Source: Clostridia bacterium (GTDB taxonomy: Bacteria > Bacillota > Clostridia > Oscillospirales > CAG-272). From it: a stretch of DNA of 64,000 nucleotides. The stretch spans positions 39,010-103,009 of the forward strand of contig JAFYBN010000014.1 in assembly GCA_017540175.1 (NCBI GenBank), in the 5' to 3' direction. How positions within the stretch are numbered: the first letter of the stretch is position 1; every line of letters starts with the position of its first letter. Below the pieces are notes generated by a model. It searched no databases and was not told the origin of the DNA. It was given only the letters and a program-made list of their open reading frames with translations. Made by a program: the position numbers and the translations under genes. Shown here piece by piece: positions 1 to 9,483 of the stretch.

Positions 1-23
1 ATTTTTGTTTTGCCGCGGGAATC

Positions 24-52
24 TTGACATTGACTGTCTGTCCGGTTATAAT
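24..52 (+). promoter_or_regulatory. SigA-type promoter upstream of the 109..2175 gene
   Basis: TTGACA (24-29), 17-nt spacer, TATAAT (47-52), about 55 nt before the ATG. Confidence 0.6.
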
Positions 53-108
53 AGAGACAGGCAGCGGCTCACAGCTCATCCGCCGCACTCAGAAAGCGAG
101 GCAGGAAT

Positions 109-2175
109 ATGACAGTTCGCATCATGCAGAACAGCCCGGAGACCGCGTATGCGGCATCGGAGCTGGAACGCTTCCTCGGAGAATTCACAAACGCTGAGAT
201 CAAGCGGGAGGGGGAAGCGGACCGCCGCGTGACCCTGACCGTCGACGATACCCTGCCCGCCCCGGACTGGACGATATCCGGCGACGGGACGGAGCTTGCA
301 GTTCGGGGCGGGTGCGCCTCGTCCGTGCTCTGCGGCGCGTGCGACGCGCTCGCCGACGCGGGGTTATTTTTCGAAGCGACCGGTTATTCCGCGCCGCTCG
401 GCTTCGACTCGGAGCGGTTTTTCCGCGTGAACAAGGCGGTGACGCCGAAATTCCGCCTGCGCGGCATCCGCCAGCACATCAATTTCCCGATGGACATTTC
501 CTCCTATCCGCTGAAGGACGCGAAGGAGTACATCCGCGCCCTCGCCCGGATGCGGTTCAACGCGATCACCTTTCACAGCTATCCCGGACAGTGGCACGAG
601 ACGCGTCCGGACGACCCGAACGATCACGCGGGGCATTTCTTCTACGGACAGACCCATCCCGTCCCCGCGGACGATCCGCTGACCGCCTCGCGCATCGAAA
701 ACCGCAGGATCTACTGCATTCCCGAGGTCGAGGCGATTTATGACGACGAAGCGAAGCGGGCGGAGTTCGCGAAGTATTTCCTAAACGAGCTGATAAAGAC
801 GGCGAAGGAAGCGGGCATGGAGGTCACGCTCTCGGTCGAGATCCTTTCCGACGACGCGGACGCGGGCGCGCGGATGCTTCACGTCCTGTGCGAGACCTAT
901 CCCCTGATCGATACCCTCGAGCTGATTTCCGAGGAGTGCGGCGGCTTCCGCGACGTGCCCGGCGTCACGCGGGAGAACATCACCGAACACCTGACCGGGC
1001 TCTTCGGTGCGGAGATCCTCGACGGGGACGGGAAGCTCCCCGGACTGCCGGACGGTCTGCCCTCCCAGCTCAGCTCCGCCGCCGTCTGCCTGAAGCGGAT
1101 GCTCAAGGTGCTCGACAAGCGGGAACAGTGGCTCGCGGGGCTTGCCCGCGTCCCCGCCCTGCGCGCGGGGCTTTATCTCACCGACCGCGACACGCTGCGG
1201 GTGCTGAGACCCATCCTGCGCCGCTTTTTGCCCGCGGGGATGACGATGAGCCTGCTCCCCGCCCACGGGGCGCTCGCCGCGGCGGACAACATCGAAAACA
1301 CCGGGACGACGGCGGAGGACTGGCAGAACACCATGTTCTATTCGTGGGCGGAGTTTGACGGGAACATGTACCTCGAACAGCTTTCCACGGAGGGGACGGA
1401 CAAGCTCGTGACCCTGCCGCCGACCGGCTCCTCCTACGGATACGTCATCAATCACTGGCGGACGGCGGAAAACAATCTGACGATCTCCTATGCCGCCGAG
1501 GCTTCGATTTCCGCCATGCCCGCCGACGCGTATTACAGAGAGTACGCCGCGCGGCTCGGCATCGGGGACAAAGAGGGCTTCGCCGCCTTCTGCAAACGGC
1601 TGGCGCGGCTTGACACCTACAACAGGGACAACCTCTTCAACATCGGCTTCTGCGCGGTCGGATGCTGGCTCAACTGGCACAGGGAGGGCAATTACATGAC
1701 CCCGCGCGGGTACGAGGACAAGGATTACCGGCACGCGATCGCGGAATATGAAGCCCTCGCTGCCGAGGCGCGCGCGCTGCTGCCCGCCGCCGGAACAAAG
1801 GAAGGGACCGCTTTCCTGCGCCTGACGGAGAACCGGTGCGAAACGAGCCTGCTTCACGTGCGCTCCATGATGACGCTCGAGGAGCTCAGGGAGGTGTTCG
1901 ACTACGAGCATCCCGCGCCGCTCACACCGGAGACGGCGGAGAAAATGACGGGGATCCTGAAGCGCTCGCGGGACGACGCGGAAGAATATCTCGCTCTCTA
2001 CGGCGCTCTGCTGCCCGACCGCGGCGGAGAAGGACAGCTCGCGAGCTATCACGAAACGACGCTCGTCTACATCGACGCGATCGCCTCGTCCTTCGGTCTG
2101 GACAAGGGCAGGATCAAGGCTGCGCCGCGCGCGGTCTACGACGAGCCGCCCATGCCCGACCCGGATGCCCGGTAA
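109..2175 (+). CDS. Hypothetical protein, glycoside-hydrolase-like (TIM-barrel, GH20b/DUF4838-like by eye)
   Basis: 688-aa ORF. Segment FRLRGIRQHINFPMD...MRFNAITFHSYPGQWHE after an N-terminal alpha/beta domain resembles glycosidase-like families. Overlapping ORFs in other frames are Arg/Pro-rich shadows. Confidence 0.6.
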   Translation: MTVRIMQNSPETAYAASELERFLGEFTNAEIKREGEADRRVTLTVDDTLPAPDWTISGDGTELAVRGGCASSVLCGACDALADAGLFFEATGYSAPLGFDSERFFRVNKAVTPKFRLRGIRQHINFPMDISSYPLKDAKEYIRALARMRFNAITFHSYPGQWHETRPDDPNDHAGHFFYGQTHPVPADDPLTASRIENRRIYCIPEVEAIYDDEAKRAEFAKYFLNELIKTAKEAGMEVTLSVEILSDDADAGARMLHVLCETYPLIDTLELISEECGGFRDVPGVTRENITEHLTGLFGAEILDGDGKLPGLPDGLPSQLSSAAVCLKRMLKVLDKREQWLAGLARVPALRAGLYLTDRDTLRVLRPILRRFLPAGMTMSLLPAHGALAAADNIENTGTTAEDWQNTMFYSWAEFDGNMYLEQLSTEGTDKLVTLPPTGSSYGYVINHWRTAENNLTISYAAEASISAMPADAYYREYAARLGIGDKEGFAAFCKRLARLDTYNRDNLFNIGFCAVGCWLNWHREGNYMTPRGYEDKDYRHAIAEYEALAAEARALLPAAGTKEGTAFLRLTENRCETSLLHVRSMMTLEELREVFDYEHPAPLTPETAEKMTGILKRSRDDAEEYLALYGALLPDRGGEGQLASYHETTLVYIDAIASSFGLDKGRIKAAPRAVYDEPPMPDPDAR

Positions 2176-2183
2176 ACGGGAAA

Positions 2184-2245
2184 CAAAAAAAGAGAACCGC
2201 TGTGTTTCTCCCTGCCCCGGAGAAATGCGGCGGCTCTGTTTTCTG
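2184..2245. terminator. Bidirectional hairpin terminator between convergent genes
   Basis: A-run, then nested stems agag-aaccgc...tttctcc/ggagaaa...gcggcgg-ctct, then gttttctg. Lies between the stop at 2175 (+) and the stop at 2362 (-). Confidence 0.5.
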
Positions 2246-2361
2246 TTCGGATCGGTTGACGTTTCCCGGGTTTACGGGTCGTTTGCAGGGTCGGCACGTT
2301 TCTCTTTCTCCGCGCCGGGCGTTTCGGGAAAGCGAAGAGCCGCTTCCCTTCCCTGTGCGGT

Positions 2362-2907
2362 TCAGACCGTCCGGTATCCTTTGCCGAATTTCTTTCTGTA
2401 ATTGTCGATGCAGTGTTCGATCACCTTCACCGCCTCGCCGACGCCCATGATCTCGTCCACCCGCGTTTCCTTGCCTTCGAGGTTCTTGTAAACGGAAAAG
2501 AAATGCTGGATCTCGTCGAAGATGTGCTTCGGGAGCTCCGAGATATCGTGATAGGTGTTGTAGGTCGGGTCGCCGAAGGGCATTGCGATGATCTTTTCGT
2601 CGCCCATGCCGCAGTCGAGCATTTTCATGACCCCGATGGGATAGCTCCGCACGAGGGTCATGGGACGGATGTTGTCCGAGCAGAGCACCAGCACGTCGAG
2701 CGGGTCGTGGTCGTCGCCGAGCGTTTTCGGAATGAACCCGTAATTCGCGGGATAGTGGGTCGCCGTGTACAGAACGCGGTCGAGCATCAGAAATCCCGTG
2801 TCCTTGTCGAGCTCGTATTTCATATTGCTGCCCTTGCTGATCTCGATGACGGAGATGAAGTCGATCGCCGCGATCCGCTTTTCGTCGATGTCGTGCCAGA
2901 TGTTCAT
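2362..2907 (-). CDS. ppa: Inorganic pyrophosphatase (family I)
   Basis: 181 aa. KYELDKDTG...DRVL...YPANYGFIP.TLGDDHDPLDVLVL matches the classic family I PPase signature. Confidence 0.9.
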   Translation of the reverse strand: MNIWHDIDEKRIAAIDFISVIEISKGSNMKYELDKDTGFLMLDRVLYTATHYPANYGFIPKTLGDDHDPLDVLVLCSDNIRPMTLVRSYPIGVMKMLDCGMGDEKIIAMPFGDPTYNTYHDISELPKHIFDEIQHFFSVYKNLEGKETRVDEIMGVGEAVKVIEHCIDNYRKKFGKGYRTV

Positions 2908-2934
2908 GCCGTGCCCCCGTGCCGCGTGTTGTTT

Positions 2935-3978
2935 TCAGTGTTTGTTCCGTCCCCAGAACGTATTGTAGCCGTCCGGCGTCCAGCCGGGCTCCACGCCCTT
3001 CACCGCTTCCGCCGCCGTGACGATGGCGTCGGAGTTGTCCGTGTCGACGAGCGTATAGCGGTCGTTCCCCATGCCGAGCTTCTTCATATAGCTGAGCTGG
3101 CGCAGACCGTGCCGCGTTTCGATCCGCTCGATCATCGTCTTGCCGCCGCCTCTCGGGAGGCTGTACAGAAGGTCCACGGACGCGCTGTCCGCCGCGAGAA
3201 TGTCTGTCGAGACGAGGATGCCGATGTCCGGCGTCACGACCGGCTCCGCGCCCTTGCCCTCGCAGTCGCACGAGACGGAGATGTTGCGCAGGACGTTGAT
3301 ATAGCAGACGTGGGGCGCGAAGTGATCGACGGTCGCCTTGGTGCTCTCACAGATGCGCTCCATGAGCTCCTCCTCGGCGATGCTCCACATATTGTCCGAG
3401 CCTTTTGCCGTGTGGATCTCCGCCTTGCCGATCCTGCCGTCCGCGCAGCCGATGCCGATGTTCTTGTTCGAGCCTCCGAAGCCGCCCATGGCATGCCCCT
3501 TGAAGTGGGTCAGGGTCAGAAGGGAATCGTAGTTCAGCATGGATTTGCCGACGTGCATTTCTTCGAACCACTTCCCGCCCTCAACGGGCAGCGCCGCGAC
3601 GCCCTCCGAATCCGTGATGTCCACGGGGCAGAAGGTCCAGCCGTTGATCTCGAGCGTTTTGCGGTGCTCCTCGGTCGTATAGCGGCTGCCCTCGTAATAG
3701 GTGTTGGTCTCGATGATCGACGCGGACGCGGGGAGACGGCTCGCGAAAAGCTCCTTCACCCACGGGCGCGGGATGATGTTCGGTCCCTCCGCCTCGCCGG
3801 TGTGCAGCTTGACGGCGATCTTCCCCGTCAGCACGGACGACACGCGGTCAAAAATCTTCAAGAGGCCCTGTTCGGACAGATCGCGCGTGAAGAACACGAC
3901 GGAGCTCTCTCCGGTGCGCTCCTCAAACGGAACGTAGCGGTTTCCGTCCTTTCCCGGGACGGGAGTCTTTTTTTTCAT
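2935..3978 (-). CDS. DUF362 domain-containing protein
   Basis: Start moved to MKKKTPVPG (ATG at 3978, RBS gaggagaaag upstream). KLHTGE..GPN, THFKGH..GGFGG..KN.GIGC motifs are typical of DUF362. The upstream 72 codons of the track ORF are Arg/Ser/Thr-rich junk. Confidence 0.8.
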   Translation of the reverse strand: MKKKTPVPGKDGNRYVPFEERTGESSVVFFTRDLSEQGLLKIFDRVSSVLTGKIAVKLHTGEAEGPNIIPRPWVKELFASRLPASASIIETNTYYEGSRYTTEEHRKTLEINGWTFCPVDITDSEGVAALPVEGGKWFEEMHVGKSMLNYDSLLTLTHFKGHAMGGFGGSNKNIGIGCADGRIGKAEIHTAKGSDNMWSIAEEELMERICESTKATVDHFAPHVCYINVLRNISVSCDCEGKGAEPVVTPDIGILVSTDILAADSASVDLLYSLPRGGGKTMIERIETRHGLRQLSYMKKLGMGNDRYTLVDTDNSDAIVTAAEAVKGVEPGWTPDGYNTFWGRNKH

Positions 3979-4021
3979 GGCTTTCTCCTCTCTCTGCTCC
4001 CGACTTGTCGGGAAGCGGCTG

Positions 4022-5479
4022 TCATTCCATTTTGTCGTACACTTCGATGAGCTTTGCAAGCAGTTTGTTCGACGCTTTTTCGTTTCTCTTGAAATAGGAC
4101 GCGACCTCGGCTCCGTTCTCCACGCAGTCCGCGGCGATGTTGTTGTAGGTGAGCTGATAGGTATAGGAAAAGCTGATGGTTCTCGTATCGGCAATGATCG
4201 TGAGCATTTCGGTGTCGTCCGGCGCGTCCGCGGTGCGGGCCTTGATCGCGGTCTCGTAATAGGCAGGGAGCACCTCGTTATAGTTATAGCAGCTCATTGC
4301 CTCTGTGACCGTGCCGACGATATCGAGCTTCTCGGGCGTCACGTTCTTCGGAATGCCCCACGGAACGTCGGTGCAACAGTTGATGTAATCCTTCTGCGCC
4401 TCGTCGAGCTTCGGGGTCGGAAGGAAGCCGTAGCGGATATCGCTGATGCGGTAGGTATCGTACGCGTCGCCGACCTGCGTGTAGGCGAAGATCGCCAACC
4501 CGTTCTTGAACTGATCGATGCCGAAATCGCCGCTTGCGACATAGTCGTCGCCCTTGATGAGCAGGCGCATGATATCCACGTACTTCGTCACGCGCTCGAT
4601 GTCGATATCGAGATAGGGGATGCCCTCGGCGTCGTGGCGGTAGACGGGGATGTCGACCGCCTCCTGCATGCAGTACCAGGTCTGCGAGCCGGAGGTAAAC
4701 GCGATCATGTCCTTCGTATTGAGCTTTCCGTTGCCGTCGAGGTCCCTCGAGGCGCCCTCGGTCAGCTCATGCAGGCGGTCGAGCGTCCATTTTCCTTCAC
4801 GCACGTCGTCATAGAGACCGCTGTATCCGAGATCTTCCGTGATATCCTTGTTGAAGGTGATCACGCGCGTCCAGTGCAGGCCGCAGTAGGAGAGATAGCT
4901 CGAAGCGGCGTACATCTTGCCGCCGATGCGGAGCGCTTCGACGGTGTTCTTCGGCCACCAGGGCTTGTCGAAATTGAACTGCTCCACCGCGAGAAGATTA
5001 TAAAGATACCCGTCCTTGCCGAGCCCGAAGGTGTTGGTGTCGTGTCCGATCAGGATGTCGTAGGAGTCGTCGCCCGCGACGACCGCCTTTTTGGCCTCGT
5101 CCCGCCCCGCGGTCGTGTCCCCGGTTTCGATCCAGCGGATGCCGATGTTGAACCGGTTCTGGATATTGTCCCGCGAGGCGTAAAGCACGTCATCTACCGG
5201 GTTGCCGGTGATCTCGTCGAACGTGATGTAGGTCGCGAGCTCCTTGTTGTAGAAATTGCAGGAGAGGATGCGGAAGTCGTACCCTTTGAAATCCGCGTCA
5301 CCCAGATCGTCCGGAACGTACGTGTCTTCCTCGGGGGCCGCCTCCGTTTCCTCCGCTGCTGACGGAGTCTGCACGGGCGTGGCGCTGTCTTCGCTGCCCG
5401 TCGCCGTCGAGCATCCGACGGAGAGGATGAGAATCTCCAGAAATACGAGAAACAGTGCGATGATACCGTGTTTTTTCAT
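4022..5479 (-). CDS. Extracellular solute-binding lipoprotein (ABC sugar-type SBP), orphan
   Basis: Start at MKKHGIIALFLVFLEILILSVGC (lipobox-like, ATG 5479). About 485 aa. Paralogous by eye to 25594..27078. No permease or ATPase genes adjacent. Confidence 0.75.
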   Translation of the reverse strand: MKKHGIIALFLVFLEILILSVGCSTATGSEDSATPVQTPSAAEETEAAPEEDTYVPDDLGDADFKGYDFRILSCNFYNKELATYITFDEITGNPVDDVLYASRDNIQNRFNIGIRWIETGDTTAGRDEAKKAVVAGDDSYDILIGHDTNTFGLGKDGYLYNLLAVEQFNFDKPWWPKNTVEALRIGGKMYAASSYLSYCGLHWTRVITFNKDITEDLGYSGLYDDVREGKWTLDRLHELTEGASRDLDGNGKLNTKDMIAFTSGSQTWYCMQEAVDIPVYRHDAEGIPYLDIDIERVTKYVDIMRLLIKGDDYVASGDFGIDQFKNGLAIFAYTQVGDAYDTYRISDIRYGFLPTPKLDEAQKDYINCCTDVPWGIPKNVTPEKLDIVGTVTEAMSCYNYNEVLPAYYETAIKARTADAPDDTEMLTIIADTRTISFSYTYQLTYNNIAADCVENGAEVASYFKRNEKASNKLLAKLIEVYDKME

Positions 5480-5549
5480 GATTGCCTCCCGAATGTATTC
5501 GCCCGCGACCAAGGGAAGGGGCGGTGATGAAATCGACATCTCTGACTGA

Positions 5550-5578
5550 ATTGTACCCGATTTTCGGCGATCTGTCAA
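5550..5578 (-). promoter_or_regulatory. SigA-type promoter for the SBP gene
   Basis: Minus strand TTGACA (5578-5573), 17 nt, TACAAT (5555-5550). Confidence 0.55.
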
Positions 5579-5610
5579 GGGGAATACGTCAAATGCGGGA
5601 CTTCGTCCCG

Positions 5611-5643
5611 AAAAAGCGCCGCGCGGCGGAACCGTACGGCGCT
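5611..5643 (-). terminator. Rho-independent terminator of the small secreted-protein gene
   Basis: Minus strand stem agcgccg/cggcgct followed by ttttt, 35 nt after the stop at 5678. Confidence 0.6.
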
Positions 5644-5677
5644 TCTTTGTCACGGATCGGTTCGCAAATCGAAACGG

Positions 5678-5896
5678 TCACCGTCTTTTCGCGATCCACG
5701 CGGAACCGAGGACGGTGACGAGAACGACCGCGCCGCCGTCGACGAAAGAACGGCAGCCGGATTTCTCTGTCTGCTCAGTTTCGGGCTCGGAATTCTGATT
5801 CCATTCCGGCGGGTCGATCACATCCGCGAAGATGTTCACGGACAACATCGAAAACAGCAGAAGAAGCGCGAAAAAGGCGAGAATTCTCTTTTTCAT
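5678..5896 (-). CDS. Small secreted protein with a C-terminal TM helix and basic tail (sorting-signal-like)
   Basis: 72 aa with RBS aaaggaga. Signal peptide MKKRILAFFALLLLFSMLSVNIFA, acidic middle, then SGC..GGAVVLVTVLGSAWIAKRR. Has its own promoter and terminator. Confidence 0.6.
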   Translation of the reverse strand: MKKRILAFFALLLLFSMLSVNIFADVIDPPEWNQNSEPETEQTEKSGCRSFVDGGAVVLVTVLGSAWIAKRR

Positions 5897-6029
5897 GACG
5901 GATGTCTCCTTTCGATATGGAAGATTGTTTTGAGAGGCACGGGACAGCGTCCCGCGCCGCGGGGTTCACAGAACACTCAGGGACAAATGCGGAGTAAGGG
6001 TCCGCGCGCCGCGTTCTTCTCCCGCTCCC

Positions 6030-6058
6030 ACTATATCAAAAAAAGTGCCGCCTGTCAA
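6030..6058 (-). promoter_or_regulatory. SigA-type promoter for the small secreted-protein gene
   Basis: Minus strand TTGACA (6058-6053), 17 nt, TATAGT (6035-6030). Leaves a leader of about 125 nt. Confidence 0.55.
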
Positions 6059-6156
6059 GCCCCGGCGAAGCAAACGGGCCGCCGCATTCCCCGTTTTTTT
6101 GAGTGAATGCAGCAGCCCCGTTCGTTACGCCGCCGACGCGGGCGGAACGGAAAAGC

Positions 6157-6987
6157 TCACTCGATGTTGACGCTCTTTTTCGCGATGCGCACGTTCACCC
6201 ACCAGAACGCCGCGGCGAGCAGCGCGTTCACGGCGCACTGCACGATCAGCCACGTGACCGCGCCGATCGACACCGTGTCGGTGTACGCAGCGACGTAGAG
6301 CCGCTGGAAAAACGTGGCGACGCCGAAGACCGTCAATACCGTCCCGACGACGAAATTCACACCGAGCACAAGTAGGATCGACACGAGGACCTTGTGCCTG
6401 CGCACGATGGACGCTCCGAACAGAATGGCACCCGTGATCTGGAAATACGAGCGCACGGCGGAAATCAAGAGCAGGAGGCACGCGAGGAAGAACTCGAGCG
6501 GCACCTCTGCGGCGGCTTCCCGGATCAGATACCAGAAAACCCGCACGAGCTGGAACGGGTCGCTCGCCTCGAAGCCCGCCGCAACGACGAACCCCGCGGC
6601 CGTGACCGCGGCGCCCCCGATCAGCATCCAGACGCCGGAGGCCAGGAATTTCGAAGCGATGAGCCTCCCCGGCGTGACCGGAAGCGTGAAGGTGAGATAC
6701 GCCTCGTCCGTCACCATCGAACGGTAGAAGCGGACGAAAATCAGAACGACGATCACCGTCATGGCGGCGGCGAGAAGCATCCCGTCAACGATCAGCGAGC
6801 CGACGGCGGCGGCATTCAGAGCGCCGGGCAGCGCGGCGCCGGTTTGCGCGGTGTCGCTCTTTTCGGTCAGTGAAAACGTGAGCGCGCTGAGAAATCCGAA
6901 TACGGCCGCCCCGGCGATGCCGATCAGCGCCGGAACAAGCGTCCGGCTCAGGGCCTTGAAGTCATGCTTGAAGCAGGTCAATAGCAT
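6157..6987 (-). CDS. ABC-2 type transporter permease
   Basis: Start at MLLTCFKHDF (ATG 6987), 4 nt after the ATPase stop. Six predicted hydrophobic helices. Placement after an ABC ATPase. Confidence 0.7.
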   Translation of the reverse strand: MLLTCFKHDFKALSRTLVPALIGIAGAAVFGFLSALTFSLTEKSDTAQTGAALPGALNAAAVGSLIVDGMLLAAAMTVIVVLIFVRFYRSMVTDEAYLTFTLPVTPGRLIASKFLASGVWMLIGGAAVTAAGFVVAAGFEASDPFQLVRVFWYLIREAAAEVPLEFFLACLLLLISAVRSYFQITGAILFGASIVRRHKVLVSILLVLGVNFVVGTVLTVFGVATFFQRLYVAAYTDTVSIGAVTWLIVQCAVNALLAAAFWWVNVRIAKKSVNIE

Positions 6988-7985
6988 CGGAACACCTCCC
7001 GGAAAAGCTCGTCGAGCGTCTTGCCCGAATCCCTGCGCACCGCTTCCGCCTCGCCGCTCATGACGCACCGGCCGCTGCCGATGAAGACGAAGCCGTCAAG
7101 GATGGGCTCCACGTCGCGGATGAGGTGGGTGGAAATCAGCACGGTCGCGCCCGGATCGCAGGCAGTCACGATGGTATGCAGGATATAGTCCCGCGCGGCG
7201 GGATCGACGCCGCCGATGGGCTCGTCCAACAGATAGAGCTTCGCGCGGCGCGCCATCACGAGCACGAGCTGAACCTTTTCCGTCGTGCCCTTCGAAAGCG
7301 TTTTCAGCTTCGCGTTTGCGGGCACGCCGAGCATGCCGAGCATTTCCCGCGCCCTTCTCTCGTCGAAATCGCCGTAGAAATCGCGGAACAGACGGATGCA
7401 TTCCTCCACGCGCATGCCGGGGTTAAAATACATCCGCTCCGGAAGATAGGACACGATGGCTTTCGACTCCGTACCCGGGGTCAGACCGAAGACGCTCACC
7501 TCGCCCTCCGTCGGCTTCAAAAGACCGGCGAGGATCTTGATGAGCGTGGTCTTTCCGCTCCCGTTCGGGCCGAGCAGACCGATGATCCTGCCCGCGGGCA
7601 GCTCGATGCCGATATTCCGCAGAGCCTGGACAGAGCCGTAGTTCTTTTTCAGCCCGAAGCAGCGCACGGCGGGCTCCGCCGGGCTTTCGCTTCCCGGGTG
7701 GGGCGCGGGGTTCGCGGGGACGGGCGCATCCGGGATGGGATCCGTGGGGACGAGCGCATCCGGGATGGGATTCACAGGGAATGCCGCGTTGGGCGCGGGA
7801 TCCGTGGGGATGGGTGCGGCGGGCGCGTTTCCCACGGCAGGGACCGTCTCTTCCCGCACCGCTCCGAAATCGGACGCCGCGGCTTCGGACGCCGCAGCTT
7901 CGGGGACCGGGTTTTCCGCGGTTCCGAACGCCTGAGGCACGGCTTCCTCGGCGGCGCGAATGTCATTGGGTTCCAAAAGACTCAT
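6978..7985 (-). CDS. ABC transporter ATP-binding protein with about 105-aa Pro/Ala-rich N-terminal extension (start uncertain)
   Basis: Walker A GPNGSGKTT, signature LSKGTTEKV, Walker B LYLLDEP. The canonical core starts near AVRCFGLKK. An alternative GTG start at 7667 is preceded by ggag. The ATG at 7985 has a GGAG with almost no spacing. Confidence 0.8.
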   Translation of the reverse strand: MSLLEPNDIRAAEEAVPQAFGTAENPVPEAAASEAAASDFGAVREETVPAVGNAPAAPIPTDPAPNAAFPVNPIPDALVPTDPIPDAPVPANPAPHPGSESPAEPAVRCFGLKKNYGSVQALRNIGIELPAGRIIGLLGPNGSGKTTLIKILAGLLKPTEGEVSVFGLTPGTESKAIVSYLPERMYFNPGMRVEECIRLFRDFYGDFDERRAREMLGMLGVPANAKLKTLSKGTTEKVQLVLVMARRAKLYLLDEPIGGVDPAARDYILHTIVTACDPGATVLISTHLIRDVEPILDGFVFIGSGRCVMSGEAEAVRRDSGKTLDELFREVFRCY

Positions 7986-8023
7986 CTCCTCTCACGGCGG
8001 CAGGTAGACCGCCCACTGCCGTC

Positions 8024-8052
8024 ATTATAACACGGGGTTGATTGTTTGTCAA
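8024..8052 (-). promoter_or_regulatory. Consensus SigA promoter of the ABC operon
   Basis: Minus strand TTGACA (8052-8047), 17 nt, TATAAT (8029-8024). Confidence 0.65.
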
Positions 8053-8223
8053 TAACTATTTATCGTTTTACGATATATTCACAGGAAATTTCAAAAAACT
8101 TCAAACCCGCGTCTGTCGGTTCGGGAATGCGGCGGGCGCGGGCAGACGCGGGCAGACGCGGGCAGGACGGACCGGCGTGATCCCGGTTGAAGCGGGATTG
8201 CAGGTCCAGCGCGGCGGGCGCGC

Positions 8224-9483
8224 TCAGCGCACCTGACCGCTGCCGCGGATGATATACTTGTAGGTCACGAGCTCCGCGAGCCCCATCGGGCCCCGTGCGT
8301 GGAGCTTCTGCGTGGAAATGCCCATTTCGCACCCCAGTCCGAACTCCCCGCCGTCCGTGAAGCGGGTGGACGCGTTGACGTAGACCGCCGCCGAATCCAC
8401 CTCGCGGGTGAAGAACGCGGCAGCCTCGTTGTTTTCTGTGATGATTGCCTCGCTGTGACCGGTGGAATGCTCCGCGATGTGACGCGCCGCCTCCTCCACG
8501 CCGCCCACCACATGAACGGCGAGAATGTAATCGAGGAACTCCTTATCGAAATCCCCTTCCCCGGCGGGCGTTCCCGGAATGATCGCGGCCGCTTCCGCGT
8601 CCAGTCTCAGCTCGACGGGGATGAGCCCGCGCGCCTGTCTCTCGGTGACAAGCCGCTCGCGCAGCTTCGGCAGGAAGGTCTCGGCGAGCGCGCGGTGGAC
8701 GAGCAGGACCTCCGCCGCGTTGCACACGGAGGGACGGCTCGTCTTCGCGTTTTCGACGATGGCGAGCGCCATGTCGGGATCCGCGTCCCGGTCGACATAG
8801 ATGTGGCAGATTCCCGTTCCCGTTTCAATGCAGGGGACGCGGGCGTTCTCCACGCAGGTCCGGATCAGCCCCGCCCCGCCCCGCGGGATCAACAAATCGA
8901 CCAGTCCCTCGGCGAGCATCATCTCCCGCGCGCTTTCGCGGGATGTGTCCTCGATGAAGCCGACGAGCGCGCCGGGCAGACCGGCCTTTTCGATCCCGCG
9001 CTTCAGAACCGCCGAAATCGCGGCGTTCGAGCGGAAGGCGTCGCGCCCGCCCCTCAGGATCACCGCGCTGCCCGCCTTGAGCGCGAGGGCGGCGGCGTCC
9101 GAGGTGACGTTCGGACGGCTCTCGTAAATAATGCCGATCACGCCCATCGGGACGGCGGTCTTTTCGATCGTCAGTCCGTTCGGTCGGGTGACCGACGAAA
9201 GGACGCGTCCGACGGGATCGGGCAGGGCGGCGACCTCGCGCATCCCGTCCGCCATGGAACGGATCCTCGCCTCGGTCAGCCGCAGCCGGTCGGTCATCAC
9301 GGGACCGAGCTTTTCCGCGGCGGCCTCCACGTCCTCTCGGTTCGCCGCGAGGATGGCCTCTGCGCTCTCCTCCAACTCGCGCGCGGCAAGCAGAAGGGCG
9401 CGGTTCTTTGTCTCAGATGCGCACCGCGCGAGGGAGGGCGCGGCGGTCTTTGCTTCCTTTAAGATTTCAAGCGTCGTTCTCAT
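8224..9483 (-). CDS. proA: Glutamate-5-semialdehyde dehydrogenase (gamma-glutamyl phosphate reductase)
   Basis: 419 aa. Typical ProA sequence ([30 protein letters not shown]). ATGA overlap with proB. Confidence 0.92.
   Translation of the reverse strand: MRTTLEILKEAKTAAPSLARCASETKNRALLLAARELEESAEAILAANREDVEAAAEKLGPVMTDRLRLTEARIRSMADGMREVAALPDPVGRVLSSVTRPNGLTIEKTAVPMGVIGIIYESRPNVTSDAAALALKAGSAVILRGGRDAFRSNAAISAVLKRGIEKAGLPGALVGFIEDTSRESAREMMLAEGLVDLLIPRGGAGLIRTCVENARVPCIETGTGICHIYVDRDADPDMALAIVENAKTSRPSVCNAAEVLLVHRALAETFLPKLRERLVTERQARGLIPVELRLDAEAAAIIPGTPAGEGDFDKEFLDYILAVHVVGGVEEAARHIAEHSTGHSEAIITENNEAAAFFTREVDSAAVYVNASTRFTDGGEFGLGCEMGISTQKLHARGPMGLAELVTYKYIIRGSGQVR

Noticed and set aside
8131-8170. 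A tandem 10-mer ggc(g/a)g(g/a)cgcg repeated about four times between the proA stop and the ABC operon promoter.
   Set aside because: It is a short GC-rich simple repeat with no palindromic symmetry or recognisable operator motif. It is probably slippage-derived and of no demonstrable function.
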